Source: Squalus acanthias (taxonomy: Eukaryota). From it: 64,000 bases of DNA. The notes under the pieces were generated by a model that worked only from the letters and a program-made list of their open reading frames with translations, made no database searches and was not told where the DNA came from. Where the stretch lies: assembly GCA_030390025.1 (NCBI GenBank), contig CM059431.1:101124001-101188000 (forward strand). Direction: 5' to 3'. The translations under genes were made by a program, and so were the position numbers. Shown here piece by piece: positions 12,330 to 25,224 of this stretch (position 1 is its first letter; every line of letters starts with the position of its first letter).

Positions 12330-13110
12330 GCAAAGGTTACAGAGATAGGGAGGGGCGAGGCTATGGAGGGATTTGAAAACTAGGATGAGAATTTTGAAAT
12401 CAAGGCGTTGCTCAACTGGGAGCCAATGAATGTCAGCAAGCACAGGGGTGATGGGTAAACGGGACTTCGTGCAAGTTAACAGTTTTGGATCAACTCAAGT
12501 TTATGAAGGATGGAAGTTGGGAGGCCGGCCAGGAGTCCGTTGGAATAGTCAAGTCTAGAGGTAACAAAGGCATGGATGAGGGTTTCAGCAGGGATGGACT
12601 GAGGTAGGGACAGAGACGGGTGTTGTTACGGAGGTGGAAGTAGGCGGTCTTGGTAATAAAAGAAAGACTTGCATTTATATAGCGCCTTTATAAGAGCAGA
12701 CGGGGCCTCGGTTTAACGTCTCATCCGAAAGAGGGCACCTCCAACAGTGCTGCACTCCCTCAGCACTGCACTGGGAATCTCAGCCTAGATTTTGTGCTCA
12801 AGTCTCTGGAGTGGGACTTGAACCCATGACCTATCTGAAGCGAGAGTGCTGCCCACTGAGCCACGGCTGACATGGAGAGGATGTGTAGGTCGGAAGCTCA
12901 AATCAGGGTCAAACAGGACGGCAAGTTTGCGAACGGTCTGGTCCAGCCTCAGACAGTGGCCAGGGAGAGGGATGGAGTTGCTGGCTCATACACGGAGTTT
13001 GCGGCGGGGACCGAAGACAATGGCTTCGGTCTTCCCCATATTTAGTCGGAAGGAATTGCTGCTCATCCAACAGTGGATGTTGGACAAGCAGCAAGATAAA
13101 TCAGAGGCAG
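12330..13110 (-). mobile_element. L2-clade LINE fragment interrupted by a SINE fragment (12655-12872)
   Basis: LADIHWLPV..FKILILVFK on the minus strand, with a SINE head and Deu segment inserted. Confidence 0.6.
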
Positions 13111-13324
13111 TAAATTTGAAAGTCATAAGTAATATCTTCTTACTTGGCAATCATTGAATTTTTGATATGAAAAGCTACAGGTAGCTTTAAAATCTTTTTT
13201 GAGGGAATTAAAATAGTTTATAGTGCAATACAATTTATGGCCACCGGATGTCGCCAAAACTCCAAACGTGCTTCACAATTACTGACACCTTCTGCCACGA
13301 ATCTGGAAATTGGCTCAGAGATTT

Positions 13325-15685
13325 TAAAGAAAGGCCTGCATTTCTATAGCGCCTTTCACGACCACAGGATGTCCCAAAGTGCTTTACAGCCAATGAAGTA
13401 CCTTTGAAGTGTAGTCACTGTTGTAACGTAGGAAATGCGGCAGCCAATTTGCGCACAGCAAACTCCCACAAACAGCAATGTGATAATAACCAGAAAATCT
13501 GGTTTAATGATATTGGCCCCAGGACACTGGGGAGAACTCCCCTGATCTTCATCGAAATAATGTCATGGGATCTTTTACATCCACCTGAGGGCAGACGGGG
13601 CCTCGGTTTAACGTCTCATCCGAAAGACGGCACCTCCGACAGTGCGGCGCTCCCTCAGTACCGCCCCTCCAACATTGCGGCGCTCCCTCAGTACTGCCCC
13701 TCCGACAGTGCGGCGCTCCCTCAGTACCGCCCCTCCGACAGTGCGGCGCTCCCTCAGTACTGCCCCTCCGACAGTGCTGCGCTCTCTCAGTACTGCCCCT
13801 CCGACAGTGCGGCGCTCCCTCAGTACTGCCCCTCCGACAGTGCGGCACTCCCTCAGTACTGCCCCTCCGACAGTGCGGCGCTCCCTCAGTACCGCCCCTC
13901 CGACAGTGCGGCGCTCCCTCAGTACTGCCCCTCCGACAGTGTGGTGCTCCCTCAGTACTGCCCCTCTGACAATGCGGCGCTCCCTCAGTACCGCCCCTCC
14001 GACAGTGGAGTGCTCCCTCTGTACTGCCCCTCCGACATTGCGGCGCTCCCTCAGTACCGCCCCTCCGACAGTGCAGCGCTCCCTCAGTACTGCCCCTCCC
14101 ACAGTGCGGCGCTCCCTCTGTACTGCCCCTCCGACAGTGCGGCGCTCCCTCAGTACTGCCCCTCCGACAGTGCGGGGATCCCTCAGTACTGCCCCTCCGA
14201 CAGTGCGGGGATCCCTCAGTACTGCCCCTCCGACAGTGCGGCGCTCCCTCAACACTGCCCCTCCGACAGCGGGGCGCTCCCTCAACATTGCCCCTCCGAC
14301 AGCGGGGCGCTCCCTCAGTACTGCCTCTCCGACAGTGCAGCGGAGTCCCTCAGTACTGCCCCTCCGACAGTGCAGCGCTCCCTCAGTACCGCCCCTCCGA
14401 CAGTGCGGCGCTCCCTCAGTACTGCCCCTCCGACAGTGCAGCGCTCCCTCAGTACTGCCCTTCCGACAGTGCAGCACTCCCTCAGTACTGCCCCTCCGAC
14501 AGTGCAGCGCTCCCTCAGTACTGCCCTTCCGACAGTGCGGCGCTCCCTCAGTACTGCCCCTCCCACAGTGCGGCGCTCCCTCTGTACTGCCCCTCCGACA
14601 GTGCGGGGATCCCTCAGTACTGCCCCTCCGACAGTGCGGGGATCCCTCAGTACTGCCCTTCCGACAGTGCGGGGATCCCTCAGTACTGCCCCTCCGACAG
14701 TGCGGCGCTCCCTCAACACTGCCCCTCCGACAGCGGGGCGCTCCCTCAACATTGCCCCTCCGACAGCGGGGCGCTCCCTCAGTACTGCCTCTCCGACAGT
14801 GCAGCGGAGTCCCTCAGTACTGCCCCTCCGACAGTGCGGCGCTCCCTCAGTACCGCCCCTCTGACAGTGCGGCGCTCCCTCAGTACTGCCCCTCCGACAG
14901 TGCAGCGCTCCCTCAGTACTGCCCTTCCGACAGTGCAGCACTCCCTCAGTACTGCCCCTCCGACAGTGCAGCGCTCCCTCAGTACTGCCCTTCCGACAGT
15001 GCGGCGCTCCCTCAGTACTGCCCTTCCGACAGTGCAGCGCTCCCTCAGTACTGCCCCTCCGACAGTGCAGCGCTCCCTCAGTACTGCCCTTCCGACAGTG
15101 CCGCGCTCCCTCAGTACTGCCCCTCCGACAGTGCAGCGCTCCCTCAGTACTGCCCTTCCGACAGTGCGGCGCTCCCTCAGTACTGCCCCACCGACAGTGC
15201 GGCGCTCCCTCAGTACTGCCCCTCCGACAGTGCGGCGCTCCCTCAGTACTGCCCTTCCGACAGTGCGGCGCTCCCTCAGTACTGCCCCTCCGACAGTGCG
15301 GTGCTCCCTCAGTACTGCCCTTCCGACAGTGCAGCACTCCCTCAGTACTGCCCCTCCTACAGTGCAGCGCTCCCTCAGTACTGCCCTTCCGACAGTGCAG
15401 CGCTCCCTCAGTACTGCCCCTCCGACAGTGCAGCGCTCCCTCAGTACTGCCCTTCCGACAGTGCGGCGCTCCCTCAGTACTGCCCCACCGACAGTGCGGC
15501 GCTCCCTCAGTACTGCCCCTCCGACAGTGCGGCGCTCCCTCAGTACTGCCCCTCCGACAGTGCGGCGCTCCCTCAGCACTGCACTGGAGTGTCGGCATAG
15601 ATTTGTGCTCAAGTCCCTGGAGTGGGGCTTGAACCCACAACGCTCTGACCAAGAGGCGAGGTTGCTGCCCACTGAGCCACGGCTG
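13325..15685 (-). mobile_element. Deu-domain SINE split by an internal tandem expansion
   Basis: SINE tail and body at 13325-13632 and tRNA head at 15575-15685 flank the array colinearly. Confidence 0.8.
13633..15577. repeat. 33-bp minisatellite, about 59 units (ctgcccctccgacagtgcggcgctccctcagta)
   Basis: Direct inspection. The 11-aa periodicity in all reading frames (YCPSDSAALPQ) confirms the unit length. Confidence 0.95.
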
Positions 15686-15911
15686 CAGCTCTCTGGCAAA
15701 ACCAGGCCCAATGGTGAAAGCCTTGATAAATTGTGTGCCATTTATAGACGTTGAAAGTTTGATGATATAAAGTGAAGTGGAGTAGAGTCTAAGGCTGTTC
15801 ATGAACAAAAACATATGAAACTGACGGGCAGGGAAAGACCAGCTGGTCCACCAAGCCTGCCCCACACCTCGATGGCCGGAGCATCGTGACTTGACACTTC
15901 GTCCCTCCCCC

Positions 15912-16411
15912 NNNNNNNNNNNNNNNNNNNNNNNNNNNNNNNNNNNNNNNNNNNNNNNNNNNNNNNNNNNNNNNNNNNNNNNNNNNNNNNNNNNNNNNNN
16001 NNNNNNNNNNNNNNNNNNNNNNNNNNNNNNNNNNNNNNNNNNNNNNNNNNNNNNNNNNNNNNNNNNNNNNNNNNNNNNNNNNNNNNNNNNNNNNNNNNNN
16101 NNNNNNNNNNNNNNNNNNNNNNNNNNNNNNNNNNNNNNNNNNNNNNNNNNNNNNNNNNNNNNNNNNNNNNNNNNNNNNNNNNNNNNNNNNNNNNNNNNNN
16201 NNNNNNNNNNNNNNNNNNNNNNNNNNNNNNNNNNNNNNNNNNNNNNNNNNNNNNNNNNNNNNNNNNNNNNNNNNNNNNNNNNNNNNNNNNNNNNNNNNNN
16301 NNNNNNNNNNNNNNNNNNNNNNNNNNNNNNNNNNNNNNNNNNNNNNNNNNNNNNNNNNNNNNNNNNNNNNNNNNNNNNNNNNNNNNNNNNNNNNNNNNNN
16401 NNNNNNNNNNN
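15912..16411. other. Assembly gap (500 N)
   Basis: Run of exactly 500 N flanked by C-rich low-complexity sequence. Confidence 0.99.
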
Positions 16412-17018
16412 CCCCACCCCTCCCTCCGCTCTCCGCCAGCCCTCCCTCCACTCTCCCCTCTACCCCTCCCTCCGCTCTCTTCCCCCACCCCTCCCTCTAC
16501 TCTCCCCTCTACCCCTCCCTCCGCCCCTTCCACTCCCCACCTCTCCACTCCAAACCCCTCCCCATGTAAATGTGCCTCTCACATAGTGCGACCAGAACAA
16601 TGACTAAAATATCAGAAATAAACCTTTTGTAGTAAATTCACAGAATAGCTGGAAGTCAGGAGTTAATTATCGAAAGACATTTGCGTGCGATCAGTAACTA
16701 AAGCTCCAAGAATAGTGGAAATTTCATAATTCTGGAACAAAGAAGATCTCAATCAACATTTTACTTTGCCAATTTCCCCTTAAAAAAATTGTTATCTTTA
16801 TTCTTATTTCTAGGAGCCATTCATCAAAAAAAAAGCACCGAAAATGTTTCTAAAGAGCTGACATTTGGTGCGTGTCTGACACAGGATGTTGTGGGATGAG
16901 GATAATGTGTGCGGCCTTTACTCTGCCCGTTATTTGATTGGAATGGTCGCTGCTGGTGGGTAATTTTAATTGCAAAAATACTACAGGAGGAAGATTTTTT
17001 TTAAAAGGTAAGATGCAC

Positions 17019-17122
17019 GTTCTGGCGAAACGTCATCGACCTGAAACGTGAACTTTCTGTTTCTCTCTCCACTGATGCTGCCTGACCTGCTGAGTGTTTC
17101 CAGTATTTTCTGTTTTTATTTT
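17019..17122 (+). mobile_element. About 104-bp PLE family B insertion (degenerate hammerhead plus 3' end)
   Basis: Perfect 13-bp TSD aggtaagatgcac (17006-17018, 17123-17135). Confidence 0.75.
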
Positions 17123-17176
17123 AGGTAAGATGCACATCTTCGTCATACTGATGGTGTTCCACATCGCTGAGTTCGG

Positions 17177-17890
17177 AACATAAGAACATAAGTACATAAG
17201 AAATAGGAGCAGGAGTCGGCCATTCGGCCCCTCGAGCCTGCTCCGCCATTCAATAAGATCATGGCTGATCATCTACCTCATCTCCACTTTCCCGCCCGAT
17301 CTCCATATCCCTTGATTCCCTTAATATTCAAAAAATCTATCGATCTCTGTCTTGAATATACTCAACGACTGAGCCTCCACAGCCCTCTGGGGTAGAGAAT
17401 TCCAAAGATTCACCACCCTCTGAGTGAAGAAATTTCTCCTCATCTCAGTCCTAAATGGCCGACCCCTTATTCTGAGACTGTGACCCCTGGTTCTAGACTC
17501 CCCAGCCAGGGGAAACATCCTCCCTGCATCTACCCTGTCAAGTCCTGTAAGAACATAGGAACAGCAGGAGGCCATTCAGCCCCTCCAGCCTGTTCCGCCA
17601 TTCAATTAGATCTTGGCTGATCTGTATCTTAATTTCATCTACCCGCCTTGGTTCCGTAACCCTTAATACCCTTACTCAACAAAAATCTACCAATCTCAGT
17701 TTTGAAATTTTCAATTGACCCCCAGCCTCAACAGCTTTTTTGGGGGGGAGAGTTCCAGATTTCCACTGCCCTTTGTGTGAAGAAGTGCTTCCTGACATCA
17801 CCCCTGAACGGCCTGGCTCTAATTTTAAGGTGATGCTCCCTTGTTCTGGACTCCCCCCACCAGAGGAAATAGTTTCTCTCGATCTACCCT
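17177..17890 (-). mobile_element. Two adjacent CR1 LINE 3' fragments
   Basis: Minus strand encodes RTRGHSLRI..RRNFFTQRVVNLWNSLP, with CR1-type 3' hairpin and tandem 8-mer tails. Confidence 0.75.
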
Positions 17891-18184
17891 AAAAAGACTA
17901 ATCTCCAAGACACTGCTGTGAGCAAACCCAGGAGAAAAATCGTGGGAGCATTAAAAAAAACGGTGCTTTTTACGAAAAAAATTATTTGGACACTTTTGTA
18001 TATTAGTTATAAAAATATTGGACATGCTCTGGCCAGTATTTATCCCTCAATCACTAAAACAGATGATCTGGTCATTATCACATTGCTGTTTGTGGGAGCT
18101 TGCTGTGCACAAATTGGTTGCCGTGTTTCCTACATTACAACAGTGAATACACTTCAAAAAGTACTTAATTAGCTGCAAAGCGCT

Positions 18185-19662
18185 TGTAAGATAGAACGTA
18201 CCTGTAGGATTTAGTAAACATTATTAAGATTTTAAACCATTAAATAACTATAATGTATGACAATGGCCTAGAAATTCGCGTGGCCGGCTTGCCGCGGGGT
18301 AAGGATCGCGCGCGCTCTTACCCACCGCGCCTGCCGTTGTGTTTTGGGCCCACAGGAACTTCGGGTCCCAGGCCTCTCCCAAGAGCCGGCGCGCAGTGCT
18401 TGCGTGTTCCAGGGGCGCAGTTAGTGCGATGCGACCCCTGGGATCACGTGGGCCATGGAGAGCCAATGGCAGCAGACCATCTTTCATTCATAGATTTGAC
18501 AGGAGACCTGTCAAATCTGTGAATTGAAATCGGCCCCAAAAGAACAGCTAAACCTCAAATTAATTTTTAAAAAAAACATCACATTTATAAAATAACTATA
18601 GTTAAATAAATTAACCGCTTTATAAAAGTTATAAAAATAAACTTACCTTTCTTTAAAGTATCTAAAAGAGATAAACCTGTTGAAAAAAATTTAAAATTAT
18701 ACTTAATTAACTACTTACCTTGTTCAAAAGGGGTCTTACGCCTCCTTTTTACTAGCGTAGAATCTTCAATACTTACCCTCGTGTAGAAACCTGAAAAAAA
18801 ATCTAAGTGTGCTGCGTGCGTGCAGCCTCTAGCGTGCACGCGGTTCACCTAGGAACCGCCCCCTTCGCCATACCGGAAGTTCCGGTTTCCCGTGCATGCG
18901 CAGTGCATGCAGGAAACCGGCACTTCGGGAATGAATACGGGTGAGTACGGACTGTGTACTCACCCGGGAAGGGCCGAATTTTTGGGCCAATGTGTGTTAA
19001 AAGCCTAAAGCCTGTATAAAATGGCAAATGGCTGAGAAGCAAAGCCTGATGGTAAATGATGCCAACTTGATGTAATTCTGTAAAATGGTCCGTTAAGTAA
19101 ACAAGGAGATAGTGGGGAACAAGAAATTCAGCAACATTGCAAAAGTAGATAGGGGGCTGGAGACAGTCACCACTGCCTGTCTGCTCAAAAATTCAGAACT
19201 GGCTAAACAATGAGCTGATTAAAAAGCAAAAAGACATCTGTGAGAACTTAGTGTGAAGGTTCTTCTCAGATAAGGAGAGCTTGAGATGCAAGAAATGGGG
19301 AGTGAGAGAGTGACTGCAATAACAGATACCAGAAGCTTACTAACTGCCATGTAGGCAAAAGGGAGAAACAGGCTATAAAAATACAGATATTGAACGCCGA
19401 AAGCAGCGCAAAACCAGAGGACAAGAAGCTTCAGTCAACAGAACACAGCCAGAGTTAAAGAGACCGTGCCACAGTCACCCGGAAGGAACGCTGGGGTTTC
19501 GAGGAACAGACTGCGGCTAGCATCTTGTTAAGTATTACTTCTTTGTACTGGATGTTTTGTAAAGTACTTAATAAACCTGTTTTACTTATATACAATATAC
19601 CTGTACCCGGAGTGGTTTGTTATAGTCACGGACAAATTAATCTAAAGAGCTTAGAAGCTACG
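18185..19662 (+). mobile_element. Solo LTR (about 750 bp excluding the nested MITE) inserted in a SINE tail
   Basis: Starts TGTAAG and ends GCTACG (CA-like end). 4-bp TSD cgct (18181-18184, 19663-19666) splits a SINE tail. TATAAAA at about 19374 and AATAAA at about 19570. Confidence 0.65.
18265..18988. mobile_element. Harbinger-type MITE nested in the LTR
   Basis: TIR GGCCTAGAAATTCG/CGAATTTTTGGGCC with TSD AAT. Homologous to 56106-56829. Confidence 0.75.
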
Positions 19663-20980
19663 CGCTTTGGGATGTCCTGAGGTGGTGAACGGCGCTGTAG
19701 AAACGCAAGTTCGTTCTTTCTTTTTCTTTTTGGGGGCTGTTTGACTGACAGTCAAGAATCATCCAATGGGGTGACGAAGAGTCTGTTCACCTTATGATTG
19801 GCCGTGGGGAAGACGGAGGCACCAAGAGGATGGACAAGTTGGGCGACCAATGGTGGGAGCACAGTGGCGGGGTGCTAGGCGGCAAAAAAGGTCATGTGAT
19901 AACACCTCCAGGAATATGTCCAACCCTATCAGTGAGGCATTTTGGATAAAAAGAAAAGACCTTGCATTATTACATAGAATTCACAGCACAGAAACAGGCC
20001 ATTCAGCCCAACCAGTCCATGCCGGCATTTATGCTCCACTCCAGCCTCCTCCCGTCTTTCCTCATCTAACTCTATCAGCATAACCCTCGATTCCCTTCTC
20101 CCTCATATCTTGTCTAGCCTACCCTTAAATGCATCTCTGCTATTCGCTTCAACCACTCCCTGTGGTAGCGAGTTCCACATTCTCACCACTCTCTAGGTAA
20201 AGAAGTTTACCCTGAATTCCCTATTGGATTTCTTGGTGACTGTCTTATATTGATGGCCCCTAGTTTGGCTCTTCCCCACAAGTGGAAACACTCTCTCCAG
20301 CCGGAATTTTGCCGACCTGTGCGGGCGGTGTCCGTGGCGGGTCTCGACCCCGCTGCTGGCTCCATCCCGCTGTAGAAAATGAACTTACCTTAATAGGGCC
20401 TATTAAGCCCGCCCAGCGCGTTACCCAGCCCAATGAGATGGAGCGGATCTGGTGATGTTACTCATGACGCGTTTTAAGCTGGGAAATTTAAAGGGACCCT
20501 GGCCACATTACATTGGAGGTTTAATCGAACAAAGTGGGTGTTGAATCTTTACTGTACAATAAAATAATAAAAGTTGTATATGAGTGACAAAGAAATATTT
20601 AAATTGTATCATTAAGTAATATGAAGCCATCTACAAATACGATCAAGAACATAATTAAAGAAGTACATTAATTGGGAAGTGATTGGTGCTTTAGTCACAA
20701 ATCTACAGACTTTTGTATCAGTAACTGGTACAAATAAAAGATGTATTTTATTCGTTTATGGGATCAGGGCGTCGCTGACAATGCCAGCATTTATTGCCCA
20801 TCCCTAATTGCCCTCGAGAAGGTGGTGGTGAGCCGCCTTCTTGAACCGCTGCAGTCCGTGTGGTGAAGGTGCTCCCACAGTGCTGTTAGGGAGGGAGTTC
20901 CAGGATTTTGACCCAGCGACGATGAAGGATCGGCGATATACTTCTAAGTCAGGATGGTGTGTGACTTGGAGGGGAACTTG

Positions 20981-21562
20981 GAACTTCCGGTCGCCTGTCA
21001 CTTTAATTCTCCGCTCCACTCCCACTCAGACCTCACCATCCTCGGCCTCTTGCATTGTTCCACTGAAGCTCAGCGTAAGCTCGAGGAACAGCACCTCATC
21101 TTTCGATTAGGCACTTTACAGCCTTCTGGACTCAACATAGAGTTCAACAATTTCAGATCATAACCTCGGCCCCTATCCTATATATATTTTTTATCCACAC
21201 CTTTTGTTTGTGTCTTTTCTTCTCTCCCACATGGCAGCCGTCTTCCATTCTGCCAGCGCAATTTACACTTCATCTAGAGCCATCCTTTGTTTCTTAACCT
21301 GTCCCATTACCATCTCCTTTTGCCTTGAATATCTCTTAATGTCTCTTAACCTCTCCTGCCTTCTATCCTATCACAGACCTTCCCTTTTGTTCTTTCATCC
21401 CCCCGCCTTTCCCAGCCCCGACACTTGCTTAAAAATCTGTTCCATTTCCTGCTTTTTTCCTGTTCTGACGAAAGGTCATCGACCTGAAACGTTAACTCTG
21501 TTTCTCTCTTCACAGATGCTGCCTGACCTGCTGAGTGTCTCCAGCATTTTCTGTTTTTATTT
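20981..21562 (+). mobile_element. Penelope-like element (family B) 3' portion with intact hammerhead motif at 21462-21497
   Basis: Encodes ELPVACHFNSPLHSHSDLTILGLLHC..RKLEEQHLIFRLGTLQPSGLNIEFNNFR*. Motif: gtt-CTGACGA-a-aggtc-atc-gacct-GAAA-cgtt-aac. Confidence 0.75.
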
Positions 21563-21794
21563 CACTGCAATTACTGTTGCGTTGGAAGGCAACAGCCGAG
21601 AATGGCCAGTGAAAAATGTATTTCCCTCACCATCCAGGGTAGGATGGGAGCCTGCAGCACTCACATCCCTTCAGGAATTTCTGAATGAACATTTACCAGT
21701 AGCTTTTCAAGTAGAACATAATCTCCATCAATCTCTTCGCTGATGTAATCAACATGATTTTATATATGTTAATGTTGCTGCCATCATCATTCAA

Positions 21795-22110
21795 ACTTCA
21801 TCTCGAGCCATCTTTTGTTTCTTAACTTGTCCCATTACCATCTCCTTTTGCCTCGCACCATCATCCCTTTTGTCAGTCAATCTCTCCTGCCTTCCAGCCT
21901 ATCACAGACCTTCCCTTTGTTCTCTCCTCCCCTCCTCCCTGCCCTGCTTAAAAATCTCTCCTCCCTAACCTTTTCCAGTTCCGACAAAGGGTTCGACTGG
22001 AAACGTTGACTCTGTTTCTCTCTCCTCGATGCTGCCTGGCCTGCTGAGTGTTTCCAGCATTTTCTGTTGTTATTTCAGATTTCCAGCATCCGCAGTAGTT
22101 TGCTATTGTT
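21795..22110 (+). mobile_element. PLE family B 3' UTR fragment
   Basis: Homologous to 21260-21560 and 3050-3300. The hammerhead is degenerate. Confidence 0.65.
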
Positions 22111-23519
22111 TTTATTTTGGCTTGTTTTTCATGCTGTCAAGTAATCAGCTGGAGCAATGGCCACGGAACTCCTGCCTCAGATTGACAGACATGGTTCCCG
22201 AGCTGCATGAATCCTGTGGCCACGCTGGGAAATTTAAAAAGTAAGTGAAAAAAGGCCTGTAAACTACCTGATAATTGTCTCAATTGGGTCGCCCCATCAC
22301 TGCTGGTCGGGTCGGCGCCGCGATGACAGACACGCCTGTGGGAAAGGAGCGTGGGAGCGAGATGACAGCGGGTTCCCGACCCACTGTCAAAAGTAACAAC
22401 TTTCCCACCCGACCCGCCACCGAGCTCGCCTGCTACCACCCCGGAAAATTCAGCCCATCTGTATCCACGCTATCAAAACCTTGCATAATTTTGAAGACCT
22501 CTATTAGGTCACCCCTCAGCCTTCTCTTTTCAAGAGAAAAGAGACCCAGCCTGTTCATCCTTTCCTGATGGGTATAACCTCACCTGTCAGGACCTCAGAA
22601 CATCCTGAAGCACTTTACAGCCAATGAAATACCTTTTGCAGAGTCGTCACTGATAGTAGTGTAGGAAACGTGGCAGACGAACAAATTTCCAGGCCATTAT
22701 CTTTTACTTCCTTTTCATTGGCATCGCTGATTACAATGAGGAAAATCTGGAGCAGACAGTAATTCTGCTGATCCATGCTCAATTAACTTTTCTGTCTACG
22801 TAAGTGCTAGATTGCTATTGGCAGTCTGGGCACCGACTAGAAAATGGGTTTACCCGGCAGTGGCCTATCAGAACCTTTTGAAAAACAGGTAACACCGAGT
22901 GGAAAACGAATACTTTAATCTTGAAGTTAAAACAGATTCTCTTGATGAGCTTCGATCAGCCAATGATGCTCACTATAATATATTTTTTTTGTATTTTGCA
23001 TAGGCACTCGAGGATTAACTTCACATAAAAAAGTTAGATTTCTACTTCATGGGCCGGGAATGAAATTGTATTTCACACATCAAGTCTGAGACATGTAAAG
23101 AACAATATTTTACAAGCATCTGGGGACAATCGTACTGGTACTATTTCATCACTTAAGAAAACTTTGCAGTTAAACAATTTCAATGTATATATATATATAT
23201 ATATATATATAATACAGATAGATCTTTTTAACCAATTATGCAATTTTCACTTTTCTTACAGGAAATAAAATATTTGCCACATGGTCTGATAAGAATCAGA
23301 GATGTTTTCCGCCCTCGTTCAATATCCGCATTTAAACACGAGTTTGAATGTTGCATAAATCACTTGGTTTGTAGTTCAAATTTTAACTCTTTCAGTGACC
23401 TTTTGGGAACATGAACTTTTTGCTTTCTCTGGTTCCAGTTTATGTCAGAATTTCAGGGTCCACTTTCAAAATGTCTCAACACTCCCCAGGTAAGCCCTCG
23501 CAAAGAACAAGAGTGTCCG

Positions 23520-24005
23520 TGTCCTAACTCGCACCGAGTCCCGTTCGGCCATCACCCCCTGTTGCTCGCTGACCTACATTGGCTCCCGGTCTGGCAACGC
23601 CTCTATTTCAAAATTCCCATCCTTGTTTTCAAATCTCTCCATGGCCTCGCCGCCCCTCCCTATCTCTGTAAACCACCTCCAGCCCCACAACCCCCCCCGA
23701 GATATCTGCGCTCCTAAAAATTCTGCCCTCTTGAGCATCCCAGATTATAATCACTCCACCACTGGCGGACGTGCCTTCTGTTGCCAAGGTCCTAAGCTCT
23801 GAAAATTCCCTCCCTAAACCTCTCCACCTCTCTCTCCTCCTTTAAGACACTCCTTGAAACCGACCTCTTCGACCAAGCTTTTTGGTCACCTGTCCTAATA
23901 TCTCCTTATGTGGCTCGGTGTCAAATTTTGATTGATAATCGCTCCTGTGAAGCGCCGCGGGAGGTTTTACGACGTTAAAGGCGCTATATAAATGCAAGTT
24001 GTAGT
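23520..24005 (+). mobile_element. L2-clade LINE 3' fragment
   Basis: LADLHWLPV..FKIPILVFK with the conserved 3' tail. Confidence 0.7.
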
Positions 24006-24553
24006 TACAATAAACATGGTGTCAACGAGTGCCCTGAACCTAACCTCAGACCAACGCTCCGGTAAACAACATGAACACTCACACCGCCAGCAGAGAGGAG
24101 ACGCTGGGTTAGAAATTTGTGTCGGCCTGTTTTTCTGCCCAGCATTGGCGTGACATTGGCAGCACACACCTAATCACGTGGTTGGGGTGGGGCGGAGAGA
24201 GGGGGAGCCTCGTTATAATCAAATGGGGGGTGGGGGGGCTTCCAGCATTGCTATCTGTAAGGTTTTATGTTGGAGCTGTTACTTGGTTTCAGTTCCAGTA
24301 ATGGGGAGTAACATTTGCGCCACACAAGTGCCAGGCAATGACCATCTCCAACAAGCGAGAGTCTAACCACCGCCCCTTGACATTCAACAGCATTACCATC
24401 GCCGAATCCCCCACCATCAACATCCTGGGTGTCACCATTGACCAGAAATTTAACTGCACCAGCCACATAAATACTGTGGCAACAAAGGCAGGTCAGAGGC
24501 TGGGTATTCTGCGGCGAATGTCTCACCTCCTGACTCCCCAAAGCCTTTCCACC

Positions 24554-25224
24554 AGCTGTGCGTATAAGAAGTGGAAGCCCTTACGGTTGACAAAGATAAC
24601 TGGGTTGTGATGGGGTGCCCTAAGGGCCACATGTGTGCAGTCTATGACGCCCTGCACCATTGGCAAGCCTGCCATATTTGCAAAGCCAACTGAACGTGCG
24701 GTTATACTTGCTTGATCCCTTGAGAAGTGGATGTAATTGTGGGCCTTTGCGAAAAGGGCATTGGTAACCTGCGTGATGCAACTGTGGGCAGCCGACTGGG
24801 AGATGCCGCTGATGTCTGCTGATGATCCCTGGAAGGAGCCTGAGGCAAAAATGTTGAGTGCGTTGGTGACTTTGGCAGCCACTGGTAAGGGGTGTCCACC
24901 CGCCCCTCTGGGCTCCAGGTGTTGGTGCAGCAGTGCGCAGATGTCTCCGACAACCTCTCGCGAAAGTCTCAGCCTCCTTTGGCACTGCTGCTCACTCATG
25001 TTGAGGTAGCTCATCCTCTGTCTGTAAACCCTGAGAGGGGGGTATCTCCTGTGGCGACGTGCCTCGATGCGCTGGTGCCTTCTGCCCTGTGCAGCATCAG
25101 GTGGGTGAGCAGGAGGTTGGCGCTCCTGCTGCTGTTGCTGCTGAGCTGCCTGGTTCTGCTGCTGCCATTGCTGCTCCTCATCCGAATCTGAGCTCCATGG
25201 TGGAAGGAAATGAATGGTTCCCAT
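24554..25224 (-). pseudogene. Harbinger (PIF/HARBI1-like, DDE_Tnp_4) transposase, N-terminal half, 3'-truncated
   Basis: Encodes [49 protein letters not shown] with the first catalytic Asp. About 220 uninterrupted codons, cut off by a LINE fragment. Terminal sequence at 25698-25740. Confidence 0.85.

Noticed and set aside
13633..15577. CRISPR-like array
   Set aside because: Units are head-to-tail with no unique spacers, there are no cas genes, and the context is vertebrate.
13404..15754. Long ORFs of 289-700 aa on both strands
   Set aside because: By-products of a stop-free 33-bp repeat inside a SINE, open in all frames.
15789..16586. ORFs spanning the X runs
   Set aside because: They cross the 500-N assembly gap.
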